From Setoptus koraiensis (Eukaryota > Animalia > Arthropoda): a stretch of DNA of 64,000 nt. Positions 12,952 through 24,259 of this stretch are shown here, piece after piece; the stretch's first letter is position 1; the number at the start of each line of letters is the position of its first letter. The DNA is taken from contig CM106585.1 of assembly GCA_048013815.1 (NCBI GenBank), positions 23,126,001 to 23,190,000 of the forward strand, written 5' to 3'. The translations under genes and the position numbers were made by a program. A model generated the notes under the pieces. It was not told the origin of the DNA and searched no databases. It saw nothing but the letters and a program-made list of their open reading frames with translations.

Positions 12952-13365
12952 ATGGATTTGCCACAATCACAACAACAACAACACGCACAAACAAATATAG
13001 TCAAAGTGGTCAATGGTTTCACCGATACTGAAGGTCTCAATAAAAAAACCATTTTATGCCCCAAATGTTCCTCCATTATCTTAAAGCCAAACATAGCCAC
13101 CTTAACCGATGCCACTGATCTCACGAAAAATTGTAATTTAGATACTACACTCTTAACCAAAGGAAATAATGATCAAATAGATGAATTGAACAACACATTG
13201 TGGTGTGTCGAAGATATTTTCAAATTCGAAAATATGGGATTCAGCCATACTGTGGACGAATACAAATACCTCTGTTGTGCTGATTGTGAATCAGGCCCTG
13301 TTGGATGGCATAACGTCCAGTCAAAATATACTTTTGTTTGTCCAAACAAAGTAGCATACAAATAG
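12952..13365 (+). CDS. RABIF: MSS4/RABIF Rab-interacting guanine nucleotide exchange factor/chaperone, intronless
   Basis: Zn-binding CPKC and CADC pairs, W.VEDIFKFENMGFSHTV and GPVGWH motifs; 137 aa. Confidence 0.93.
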   Translation: MDLPQSQQQQHAQTNIVKVVNGFTDTEGLNKKTILCPKCSSIILKPNIATLTDATDLTKNCNLDTTLLTKGNNDQIDELNNTLWCVEDIFKFENMGFSHTVDEYKYLCCADCESGPVGWHNVQSKYTFVCPNKVAYK

Positions 13366-13645
13366 GTTGTCCGTTGATATATTATAAGAGTATATATTTG
13401 ATGAAATCTCATTTCTTGATATTGTAACTAGAAAAATTTGCCTACTTTCGTTGGGTCCAGTCAATGTGCAATTTTAAACTATGCCATGCACTTATGTAAT
13501 ATTTAAATATTGCGCTCACTTTTAATTTTTTCTACAGTATTCCTATCATAGTGAGATCAACAATAAATTTAAAAAAGAACGTGCTACTCGTAGCGAGCTT
13601 TTAACTTTTTGCACCCAAAACAGTATGGATTAATTTGGGAACGAA

Positions 13646-16600
13646 ATGGCCAAGTCAGATAAGATCACATTTTCTCCAACTGTTAAACAGAATATTAATA
13701 TAGCGTTTGTCTTGGAGGCATCACCAGACGAAGATGATGGTAACTGTGATCAGAAGAAAACTTGGACTAGATCAGTTATTCAATCGATTCAGGAACTTTG
13801 CAGTGAACTAAATGCAAACTTCAAGCTGGTTCTCTTCCAAGAACTAAACAATGGAGACCCTAGTGCCTTAGATGCATTCTATGACGCGGATGCTGCGATT
13901 CTCGACATGACTTTACAGGATAACAGGAATACTATTTACTATCACCTTGGGGTGAGGGAAAGTTTTTCAATGAAACAAAATATTCTAGTCATCACAGAGG
14001 AAAAATCTTCTGATAATCCTCAAATTCTGTCCACGCTACCTTCATACCCTCTCATAACTTTCAAAATAGTTAATGAAGAATGCATTGTAGTTGATGATTT
14101 ATCGGGAGCCTCAGATAATATGATCAATCAAAATGATGTGCCAATTGAAGGCTCTTCACAAAAAATGCCTCACGATACGGATATGTCGCTTTCAATTGCA
14201 GGTGGAAGCCCCACAAGACTTCAAGATAAACTGAAACTAGCTCTAAGAAACGTGGAGTGGCAGGCTAAAGCACATATGAAAGAAAAGTTCCTTTCTGATC
14301 TACGTAAAGCCAAAGATACCTATCAAGGTAGCGAGTTTTCTAGAATATTACATAAACTTCGAAAGCGATTAAATGATCCTAATTTATTATCATGTGATGT
14401 TGTCTATCAGATGCTCCTCTCATTTCGAGAGATACAGGACTACAATGCGATGATACAACTTGTTGACGACCTTAATAGAGTGCCAAATCTTTCAAAGATC
14501 ACTTCGGCGCCGTTGATTGTATTCAACTATGCCTTTGCATTAAATCGAAGGCATCAAGAAGGGGATAGCGATAGAGCATTAGACTTGATAACGAAAGCAT
14601 TGGAAACCAAGGAACATCAGGTACCGGATTCTATTTGTTTGTGCGGCAGAATATTCAAAGATCGTTTCATTGAATCGGGTTATGAGGACAAAGAAAGTTT
14701 AAATTCGGCAATAGCTTGGTATAGACGGGGTTTCAAGAACGAACCAAACGAATATGCAGCCATCAATTTGGCCACCCTCCTCTTCATAGCGGGTCACAAC
14801 TTCACAGCATCTAGCGAACTACGTCATGTTGGTCTAGTGCTAAATAATCTCATTGGAAGGAAAGGACCTGTTCACGGATTGTCAAATTATTGGGATGTAG
14901 CTACTTTTTTTGAATTTTGTCTTTTAGCTAACCAGCATGCAAAAGCAATACAAGCTGCAGAATGCATGTTCAATTTGAACCCACCAAAATGGCATCTGAA
15001 ATCTACATTAGGCAATATCAAACTCATTTATCAATTCAAACCTAAACCGGAAATTGATCAAGTGCCCTCTCCAGAAGAACATCTAGTTGAATTCTGGATA
15101 GACTACTTCATGGAGGCAGTCGCAGAAGATTGTGCACATGAGATAAGGTTTGCTTCCTTGGTTTTAGAGCCGACTCGGGACTTTATGCCAACATATGTAA
15201 CTGTCAACTTGGATGCGGAGGAAAAATCTCTGACCATCAGTCAAATGTGTATATCTCACCTTCGCGACATAAATGTATGTCGGAAGCCACATCTATGGGA
15301 CATCAAAGCAACAGGTATTAGAGGAATAAGTCTCTACAAAAGAGATGAAAGATGTATATTTCTATATGTTCACGATAATTCCGACGATTTTCAAATTTAT
15401 TTTCCGTCGGAACTAATCAGGTCCAGATTTTATTCACTAGTCCTCGAGATAACTGCAGATCGTGCAGTAGATATGAGTCTAGACTTCAAAGAAACCGAAC
15501 GTAAAATAAACTACGAATACGAATTAGACTCAGAAAAGAGGCGCATAGTATTAGGTAAAGGTTCGCGTGGAATAGTTTATGCAGCGAGGGATTTGGATAC
15601 TCAGATGATGATTGCGATAAAAGAAGTACCAGTGAAGAATATTGGTGAAGTTCAGCCTCTGCATGAGGAGATTCGTCTCCATTCCTTGCTAAGGCATAGG
15701 AATATTGTGCAATATTTAGGTACTCTTCACGAGAATAACTACTTTAAAATCATCATGGAAAGAGTTCCTGGAGGTAGCCTATCACAGCTTTTGCAGCAGG
15801 AATGGGGCCCGCTCAAAGAGAACGTGGTAGCATTCTACTCTCGCCAGATACTCGAGGGTTTGCAGTATCTACACAGACAAAAAATAGTTCACAGGGACAT
15901 TAAAGGCGACAATGTACTTGTTAATACATATAATGGTGTTGTTAAGATATCGGATTTCGGAACGTGCAAGAGATTAGCAGCAATCAATCCAAACACTGAA
16001 ACTTTTGCAGGTACAGTTCCGTTTATGGCACCAGAGCTATTAGATAGAGGTCAAAGGGGTTATAGTATGCCCGCGGACATATGGTCTTTTGGTTGTACCT
16101 TAGTTGAGATGGCCACTGGACAGCCACCTTTCATCGAGGTAGACTCAGGCGCTCAAGTTATGTTTCGTGTAGGTTTTTACAAAGAACATCCCGAGATACC
16201 AGCTCATTTAAGCGATAAATTTAAACAATTTATTCTTCGTTGTTTTGATGTCAATACTGAGACAAGAGCTACGTGCGAACAACTATTGGTAGATACTTTC
16301 CTAGATGAGACTAGAGGCAGTGTTGTTAGCATTGAAAATAAGAAACGCGACTCATCAATATCGTCGCCGTATACAACTACTTCAGATAATTGTGAGACTT
16401 TGAATACTCAAGAATTGGACCAGCGAGAGATTCGATCGCCCGGGCCAACTGACTTCAATATGACCGGTCATGACGAAGAATTATACGACACTAATATATT
16501 TGAAGATGCAAAGAAAGTAACTTCTGATGATAATATGTCCGAACTAATAGAAAAAACTGAAAAACTGAGTGAGGAGAATTCAAAGCTTTGGAAGGAACTT

Positions 16601-16714
16601 TACAGATTACAAAACGATGTCCACAAATTGTTACGCATGCAAATTGAAGATAAAAAAAATGAAATTATGTCCATCAAATTACTATCATCATTGCCCAGAA
16701 AGCCGTCGATTTGA
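13646..16714 (+). CDS. MAP3K5: ASK1-family MAP kinase kinase kinase (MAP3K5/15), intronless, short C-terminus
   Basis: N-terminal regulatory/TPR region (YHLGVRESF, KFLSDLRKA, NEYAAINLATLL, YWDVATFFE), PH-like segment (RDERCIFLYV), kinase with AIKE, HRDIKGDN, DFG and TETF.GT..MAPE; 1022 aa. Confidence 0.95.
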   Translation: MAKSDKITFSPTVKQNINIAFVLEASPDEDDGNCDQKKTWTRSVIQSIQELCSELNANFKLVLFQELNNGDPSALDAFYDADAAILDMTLQDNRNTIYYHLGVRESFSMKQNILVITEEKSSDNPQILSTLPSYPLITFKIVNEECIVVDDLSGASDNMINQNDVPIEGSSQKMPHDTDMSLSIAGGSPTRLQDKLKLALRNVEWQAKAHMKEKFLSDLRKAKDTYQGSEFSRILHKLRKRLNDPNLLSCDVVYQMLLSFREIQDYNAMIQLVDDLNRVPNLSKITSAPLIVFNYAFALNRRHQEGDSDRALDLITKALETKEHQVPDSICLCGRIFKDRFIESGYEDKESLNSAIAWYRRGFKNEPNEYAAINLATLLFIAGHNFTASSELRHVGLVLNNLIGRKGPVHGLSNYWDVATFFEFCLLANQHAKAIQAAECMFNLNPPKWHLKSTLGNIKLIYQFKPKPEIDQVPSPEEHLVEFWIDYFMEAVAEDCAHEIRFASLVLEPTRDFMPTYVTVNLDAEEKSLTISQMCISHLRDINVCRKPHLWDIKATGIRGISLYKRDERCIFLYVHDNSDDFQIYFPSELIRSRFYSLVLEITADRAVDMSLDFKETERKINYEYELDSEKRRIVLGKGSRGIVYAARDLDTQMMIAIKEVPVKNIGEVQPLHEEIRLHSLLRHRNIVQYLGTLHENNYFKIIMERVPGGSLSQLLQQEWGPLKENVVAFYSRQILEGLQYLHRQKIVHRDIKGDNVLVNTYNGVVKISDFGTCKRLAAINPNTETFAGTVPFMAPELLDRGQRGYSMPADIWSFGCTLVEMATGQPPFIEVDSGAQVMFRVGFYKEHPEIPAHLSDKFKQFILRCFDVNTETRATCEQLLVDTFLDETRGSVVSIENKKRDSSISSPYTTTSDNCETLNTQELDQREIRSPGPTDFNMTGHDEELYDTNIFEDAKKVTSDDNMSELIEKTEKLSEENSKLWKELYRLQNDVHKLLRMQIEDKKNEIMSIKLLSSLPRKPSI

Positions 16715-16839
16715 CAAAACTCTTTTTATATCCTCAAATAAAATGGACTTTTACTTAAGTAGTAATATACATTTTCTGCATATGGTGAAACTTAGTTTAT
16801 CGAGGCTAGTCTCAACTTCAGTGTCGTGTTGAACTCATT

Positions 16840-16883
<44 letters not shown>
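16840..16883 (+). repeat. (AG)n microsatellite
   Basis: About 22 AG units with one interruption, in the ASK1 3' flank. Confidence 0.95.
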
Positions 16884-16885
<2 letters not shown>

Positions 16886-17417
16886 TAATCCGCTACAATG
16901 GGGACTCTAATTTATTTTTAGGCTTGCTCCAGTGATTCATATGCAATAGCCTCAGTTAAGTCCACATGAAATATGTATAGATGCTTTCACTTAACCAGAT
17001 TTGTGGATAGATAGACTATTTCTACATCAGTGCCAATAATAGATTGCGTGGTCAATGAAACTTTTTTTGTTCAGCTTACACCAAGAACAACATCTAACGG
17101 GGCTGAAGTTCAGCCGCTGAACACTCATTCGCTCAGGCTAAAACTTGTTTTTGCGAATGAGTATCAACTTCGAACTCTCAATGTAGCCTCGCCTTAATCG
17201 TTTTAGTATAATCGTTATAATATATGAAGCTTCCTTGGCATCATTACGGGCTCGATGGGCAGACTTTCAACTTATTGCGTTCTCGAATCAGGTCAAATAA
17301 CTAGATATGATAAAAATTTGTATCCAATTTATACTCAGTGTTGTTAATGCTCGTCGGAATAAGTATCTTCTGATATAAAATACAAAGTTTTTGTTTTCTT
17401 CTGAATATTTTGTAACT

Positions 17418-17881
17418 ATGTCTTACGATCCAAAAGTTTTCGAACTTGGTTGGGATTTCATCTTGGCAGGTAAACTTATTCAACTGAAATCTTATACAAA
17501 TACTACAATCCCTAAGTTCTCTCAACTATTACTAAACTTACAGCATCTCATCCCTGCAGGAGAGAAATACCGTTCTCTAGAAATGGATAAGATACCAGCG
17601 GAGGAGCAAGCAATGATGTGCGGTCTCTTCAAGCAGGCTACCTTTGGTGACATAGATATCAAATGTAAGTTTAAATTTAAAAGAATAGCTAATCCCCAAC
17701 TCAGTAGCTGAGATCATTACCAACTCTATGAATCTTTCCAATGCCCTCTCTAGACGCTGATCGCAGTGGAACAGAGTTTAATAATTGTCATTCTTGGCAT
17801 CAACTAAAGGGATTGAGCAAGCCAGAGGCTATAAAAAAATACGTGACCAAGAGCAAGGAAATTGTAGCCGCCTATAAATGA
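17418..17881 (+). CDS. ACBP: Acyl-CoA-binding protein (ACBP/DBI family), divergent, 94 aa, 3 exons
   Basis: Exons 17418-17469, 17560-17664 and 17754-17881 with GT-AG introns of 90 and 89 nt. The spliced protein has GLFKQATFGD and W.QLKGLSKPEAIKKYV, matching ACBP helices 2-4. Confidence 0.85.
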
Positions 17882-18209
17882 TGATATAGCTTCTCGTTTT
17901 CATAGACTTGGGAAACTCAGACACTCTTTTCATGCAATATTGAACAATCAATAGGCAAAGAGGAATCTTCACAAAATCCAGGGAATGAGGATTGCGTAAG
18001 GACTTGATTGTCAAACAGAATGTGAAAGTGGTATAGACGATAATTTTTTAACATAAAATAAATAGATTCATATTTTCTCTCAATGTTGATACAAAACGTT
18101 GATTCGTAATTTAATTGGGCAATCACTACAATCATTTGAAAAACCTTAGTGAGAACTATTCAGATGGGCCTGCTGAGGTGCAGGCCTATCATGCAGGGAA
18201 TTGTCGTTT

Positions 18210-21200
18210 CTACACATAGTAATATTGGTCGGATGTCTGATCCGGGAAAGTTTTTTTCAATCCATCGCTGATCTCTCTTTTAAAGGCTAGGACGTTTTGA
18301 GAAAACCTGTAGAATTATTAAATGATTCTTAGAGTTAGTCGCAGTCAGAGTTAAAGTGGTTGTTTAGAGATGAGTGAGATTTACTGTACCTATCACGATT
18401 TTTTGGAGTCAAATTCCTTGCAATCCCATCCATGAGGGTCTCAAACCAGGAGGACATGGGCTTCTGCCTGTCAATCGGCTGAGAGTTAATAATACTTTGA
18501 CGTAACTGGTTGAAATAGTCCTCGTTTAGAAGGATCAGTCCAAGGAAAGGTTTGGACAGGTTGGCATTAGCACAAGTTGGTTCCTCATTTATCGTCGTGT
18601 TCAATATAGTAGCCAACATACCATGAAACTCTTCAGAGTGAGCTTCTAGTGCTTTTAAACATATCTGCCTTTTTTCTTCATCATGTTGTGCTCGAGTGCT
18701 TGGACACGATTTTCTCGGAACCTTGGAGAGCCACTTAAACAGGTATGAGACAATGTTATTGAGCGACTGAAAACTGCTTGGCGGAATCCTAGCGTCCAAT
18801 GATGTAAGTCCAGCATGAATAGATTTCAATAAATAACCGAAAATTTGTGACTCCAATCCTAAAAGGAAGTCGCAATGATTGTCTGTGAGGACTTCCATGA
18901 GGGGATAGTATTGTAGACTCAATTTCGTATAGGTGAGTATATCACAATTTAAGATGGATAAAAATAATTTAATGAACATTTGGAGCAAATCGTTCAAGGC
19001 ACTATCACCATATAACGCGAAGATGGCAAAATTTATATAGCCTCTTAAGGCGGAGTGAAGTATTTTGAATACTATGGATATGCCTTTGAGTTTGCGCTGA
19101 TAGATATCCTCCTCCGGTATATCTGTTAGGCTTAGAAAACGCTCTCCGTATGCTACAGTTATAGAGCTGACCTCTTTGAATAACAATATCCCATTGGCGG
19201 ATGATGCGCCAAATTGAAGTCGATTGTGGCGATCGTCGACCAATTCAGCCACAAGTTTCAACGCTGGGGTCGTAACTGATGGGTCATGGTACCATAACTC
19301 AATAGCTCTTCTTATTACTGGCGTGTATGTAGGATATATCCATTCAAATAATAGTACGTATGTAGTTTGTGATGTAAAGCCTTGTGAGAGGCCAGTTAGA
19401 TCTCTACAGACTCCAATGAAAGCACTTTTTGCTTCAAGATTGTTTGTTATGGAAGGATCGGGATTCATTAATATCACTGTTCTCAGAGCCTCGAAGGCAC
19501 TGGTCAGAGGCGCCATAAAATCATCGAATTTATCTTCAGTTCCTTTATCGTTCACATCCTGAAGTAGGATGCGTCCCAATGAAACATAGAAGATTGTGCG
19601 ATTTTTCATCGCACGGACATCAATCGAATTGTTCAAGAATGGAAAATATTCGCTGGTGTGATTATTGAGCATGAATTGTATCTCATCAAGCTTGATCAAC
19701 CTCCTCAGACTTGCGTATCCAACAGACAGCTCATTCAGTATAGATAGTGTGTTCTTGATGACCACTTCACTGGAACTCCAATACTTTAAGTTCGTGATGA
19801 TTTTAGTTACGAAGACACTTAGCAGCCTTGACTCCTCAGTAAGGCCAAGGACTTCAGATAGTCTTTTATACATTTTTGTAGTGCGCTGCTGTTGGTCTCC
19901 AACGTAGCATTTTCTGTACGATTCAAAGAAGCTGAGCATGGCGAGTTCAAGCTTTTCGCAACGACGACCTTGGGCCAGCTGAGAATCTGAGAGCCTCATC
20001 AGTTGAATAACTCTGCATGCAAGGTCGCCATCAATGCTATCATACTCCTCGCTGGGGCTGAAAAACATTCTGCTTGAGATTGCTGCGCCTATTATGTATA
20101 CTAGCCAAGCTAGGCGTCCCTCTTGTATAGAGAGTTCAATGTGAGGTGGAGAAGAAGGTGTCAGAAGCTTTTCTTGGTACGTTTTGGCAGTTTGATCGAA
20201 AACAGATATGATAAATTTGCCAGTCTCTCCAAAGGCCTGACGTGAAATAGTTGCCAACTGTTCTAACTGCTGTTGTAGCATTGGCGTGTCGTCCAATGGG
20301 TCATCGACTCCATTTTGAACAACGGCAGTGACTGATTCTAGTCTGTAAGTGATGTAAGCTTTCATAACTTCTGGCGTGTATTTGTCCAATAGATGAGGCT
20401 CTGTTGGTTGTTTACAGTAGCAAGCCGAGCTAACAAGTTTTTGCCACAACATTAACAGGTAATGTATAGAATTCGGTGCATATTGCCACATTCTAAGCGA
20501 AGTCACCGTAAAATTTGTAATAAGCGCTATCATCTCAGGGTAACCGGGGACCTTCGTGAGCTCTGTAAGCTGATAGTTGGCTTTAAATCTTGCCAATAAA
20601 CGGCAGAATTCATGGTACGTCACTGCGTCTGAAAGACCTGACGGATTTTCCAGAATCCGCCTGACGCCTGTGATGATACGAGTCAAAAATTGTATTCTTT
20701 CGGGGTTACTAAACAGGGACCTCCTGACAGATGCGATTTGGACAAGGCACGATAATGATGTAGCGGCCATCGATGGCGGTAGGGTGTGATATAAATTAAA
20801 AAACAAATCCAATGTTGAATCCCCGAGAAATAATCGTCTCCAACTGGTTGGTATTTGAACTGTTGGCAAATCGTCCGAGTTAGACTCATCTGGAGTTGTG
20901 CCGATGAAGTCATAAGATAAACAATTAAGTGCCAGCCGCAAGGCGACATCAACTAGGTTCATTCGCTCAGCACTGCGATCATTGGATAATATTTGCGTCA
21001 GTGATGCCTGCAATATACTGCAGGACACTGAAAAAATCTCGTTTAAATATGAATCACGGAATGTTGACGCTATTCGGCGTTGTTTTGTCACCGATCTAGC
21101 CAGGGCCTCTCCATCCAAGTGGTTGATTTCCTGTACGACCTGGCTTAAAATTTGAACTCCAATTACTTGATGCTTTGGACTAACCTGAAAAAAGTATTGA

Positions 21201-21622
21201 TCCACCTGAGCGATAACTTGTTGAGAATCTTTTGATTCGAACCAGGATAACTTGGTAATTTTGGCGTATAACTTAGTTAAAGCTTGAATGACGAATGGTG
21301 CCAGATTTGGCTTGCTAGCCAGGTAGTTCAAAGAGAAATTTCTTATCTCCAGACGTTGCTCGACGCCGAGATTGTTAGCGTGCTGTTTGCTGATAATTTT
21401 TGTTAATGTAGTAGCAGCCAATAACTGGGCGTAACAAAGATCACTGTGCTCTAAGAGTAAACGGCACTTAGTGAGACAATTTGGTGATGAAGTAAATTGT
21501 ATCATTGCCTTTTCGGCTTCATTTCTTTCATGGGCGTCCTGTGATTCGTACATCTGCTTACATATTTGCTCCAGCTGAACGAGCTCCTGCTGTTGGTCCG
21601 ACATGAGCGTTATTTTCATCAC
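18210..21622 (-). CDS. XPO7: Exportin-7 / RanBP16, 1109 aa, 2 exons
   Basis: Exon 18390-21622 (importin-beta N-terminus LEQICKQMYES, QIASVRRSLF, YHEFCRLLAR.K.NYQL), intron 18307-18389, last exon 18210-18306 restoring the conserved end KNRDR/FSQNVLAFKREI. Confidence 0.95.
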
Positions 21623-21852
21623 GCTAATTAATAAATTATATTATTATTATGATTTAGTTTTTAATAATAATGGTACAATAGTACAATAACAAAATAATAA
21701 GCAAAAGGGTCTATGCTGACAATGCACTGACAATGGCTATGGGATAAACAATCGGGTATAAACTGACAATGTATTACAAAATATTACAACAAAACGAATC
21801 AACACCAGCTGCGCATGCGCAAAATGATGCATTCTGAAATCAGCGCAAATCT

Positions 21853-22591
21853 TATAGGGTGTTTGTCTGGAGAAGACTAATACACTGAATTTTCTACACT
21901 GCCTATCGCAATGCATTACTTCGAAATTGTGCACTGAAATCAGTTCGATGGCCTTGATAGAGGGCGCTGTTGTATTGCAAAGATCGTACTTCTGCATCTA
22001 AAGCGTCCTCTACAGTATATTCTAAGAACTGCATGAAACAACGCGAATCAGCGTATGGAATAATATAGAGTGTGGTCGACGTTTACACGCAAACACCCGA
22101 TGAAAGAGAGGGAAGAAAAACTCACTCTGTGTTGTTTTCTGACAAACACACACTAGCACACAAAATGCATTCACACACACACACAAGGTGTTTGCATTGA
22201 AACGTCGACTACGCTTAAATATTCTACGCTGATTCGTGCTGTTTTATGCAGTTCTTAGAATATACTGTAGAGGACGCTTTAGATGCAGAAGTACGGTCTT
22301 TGCAATACAACAGCGCCCTCTATCTAAGCCATCGAACTGATTTCAGTGTAACTATTTGCGTGCGCCAGCAAAGAATGCACAGACACAGCACCAGTACAAG
22401 TTGTGCATGGTTCTATCAAACTGTGTAACTAAATCAGATTCGAACCTAATTGAGTTTATCTGTCTGTTCGAGCACATTTGACTTAGGAAGCACGAAACTC
22501 AAATTTGTGCCGCACAATTTCGGAGTAATGCATTGCGATAGGCAGCGTAGGGAATTCAGTGTATTAGTCTTCTTCGGACGAACACCCTATA
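21853..22591. repeat. Long imperfect inverted repeat (fold-back): left arm 21853-22097, right arm 22187-22348 plus 22512-22591
   Basis: The reverse complement of the left arm aligns to the right arm including a 50-nt perfect stretch (ATGCAGTTCTTAGAATATACTGTAGAGGACGCTTTAGATGCAGAAGTACG). Loop 89 nt; 163-nt insert in the right arm. Confidence 0.93.
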
Positions 22592-22799
22592 CACACAATA
22601 CACACACATATACACTGTATAGGTAAGACACACGATTCCAATGAAAATACAACACCTAGTATCACAACAAATTCATGTAAAATTTTAGATGTTGAGCAGC
22701 TTCTTTGTCATTGTCGTAAATTATTAGCCTTAACATTACCATCATAGTTGATTATATTAATCGAGAGTTAATTCCATCTCCCCATCTTGACTTACAATC

Positions 22800-23282
22800 A
22801 TGGATCAGTTGGCATTACCCAAACGAATTATCAAAGAAACACAAAGATTGATGGCAGAGCCAGTGCCTGGCATTAGCGCAATACCGGATGAACAAAATGC
22901 TCGATATTTTCATGTTATTGTTAGCGGACCTCAAGGATCTCCATTCGAGAGCGGCGTCTTTAGATTAGAACTTTTTTTACCCGAAGAATATCCCATGTCA
23001 GCACCCAAAGTGAGATTTGTAACCAAAATCTACCACCCCAATATTGATAAATTGGGAAGAATCTGTTTAGATATTCTCAAAGACAAATGGAGCCCCGCTT
23101 TGCAAATCAGAACAGTACTACTTTCTATACAGGCTTTATTATCTGCACCAAATCCCGATGATCCCTTGAACAACGAGGTCGCTGAGCAATGGAAAACAGA
23201 TGAAGCAGAGGCTATCAAAACTGCCAGGGAATGGACAAAAGTATATGCGTGCGAGACACCAAACACCACCTCGAGCAAGTAA
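22800..23282 (+). CDS. UBE2N: Ubiquitin-conjugating enzyme E2 N (Ubc13/bendless), coding region intronless
   Basis: [51 protein letters not shown] with the catalytic Cys intact; 160 aa. Confidence 0.97.
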   Translation: MDQLALPKRIIKETQRLMAEPVPGISAIPDEQNARYFHVIVSGPQGSPFESGVFRLELFLPEEYPMSAPKVRFVTKIYHPNIDKLGRICLDILKDKWSPALQIRTVLLSIQALLSAPNPDDPLNNEVAEQWKTDEAEAIKTAREWTKVYACETPNTTSSK

Positions 23283-23403
23283 TATTTTCATCCATATTGA
23301 TGAATCTTACTGGACTACGATGTTTTTAATAAAAAAAAAATGTATATGAATTACAATGAGATAAACAAGCCTTATTCCACCAGGAAATCAACAATGTACT
23401 GAC

Positions 23404-24259
23404 TCAATAATTTATTGTCTGATCCTGGCCGTAATTGTTTAGATCAGCTGTTTGCACATTGTTGTTGTAGTCGCCTGTGGCATATTGGTCTCCGAAACCA
23501 TCGTCCTTATATTGATCAGTCGGTACAAATTGGCTCATATCCACACCCGACTGATATCTAATGTATGCTAAGGCTGCACAAGCTGCCATTGAAAAGATAG
23601 ACAAAAACGATAGCACAATCGAGATCCTACAGCTATTTATACCGATTCCCCAAGGTGGATAGTCCGACTTTATCCATGATATTCCCAAGAAAACAAATAA
23701 TAGAACATACAAAACGGTGAAACCTCCTGGAAGTTTTAATGGCACAGAACAAGAAAGATCAAATTATTTAGATTAATAACAATAAAAATATTCGAAGTTA
23801 TTTACATTGTGCAATTGTGCAAAATCATTTTGACAAACCTGAAAATATAACATCTCCAATTGCTATCCTTCTTCTGACTTTAATGCTGGGTATCTGATTA
23901 AATAAAATTTCTAAAATAAGTAAAACCGTGCATCCGACAAAGCCAATCAAGGCCATGGATCCGAATCTGCAAACTCCACTGTATCCATTGAACAGGCATC
24001 TTCCTTCATACCAACCAGCACTTATACAAGAATAAGTGACGATAGACAGTAGCTGCAATAGCGATGGGGTAAAAGGTTAAATATATTCTTAGAGTGAGAC
24101 CAAGGAAGTTGGTAAATCCATTTCTTACAAAAAAATCTAACTTTAACTAACCGATGATGCAAGCTTGAATATAATTTGAGGTTTCATCGCCATACTGAGA
24201 GGATCAGCGCAAAGCCCACCGGATGCCATAGTCGCCTCGAATGCTTTTGGTTCATTCAT
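23404..24259 (-). CDS. SYNGR: Synaptogyrin (MARVEL domain), 214 aa, 3 exons
   Basis: Exons 24152-24259, 23839-24052 and 23404-23726, introns 99 and 112 nt. DPL...KPQIIFKL start, C.FNG....C loop, SIKVRRRIAIGD, SIVLSFLSI..W-type TM4, acidic Tyr-rich tail. Confidence 0.88.

Noticed and set aside
17708-17718. bantam miRNA 5' sequence TGAGATCATT (also near 56989)
   Set aside because: Only a 10-nt match with no precursor hairpin or 3' half.
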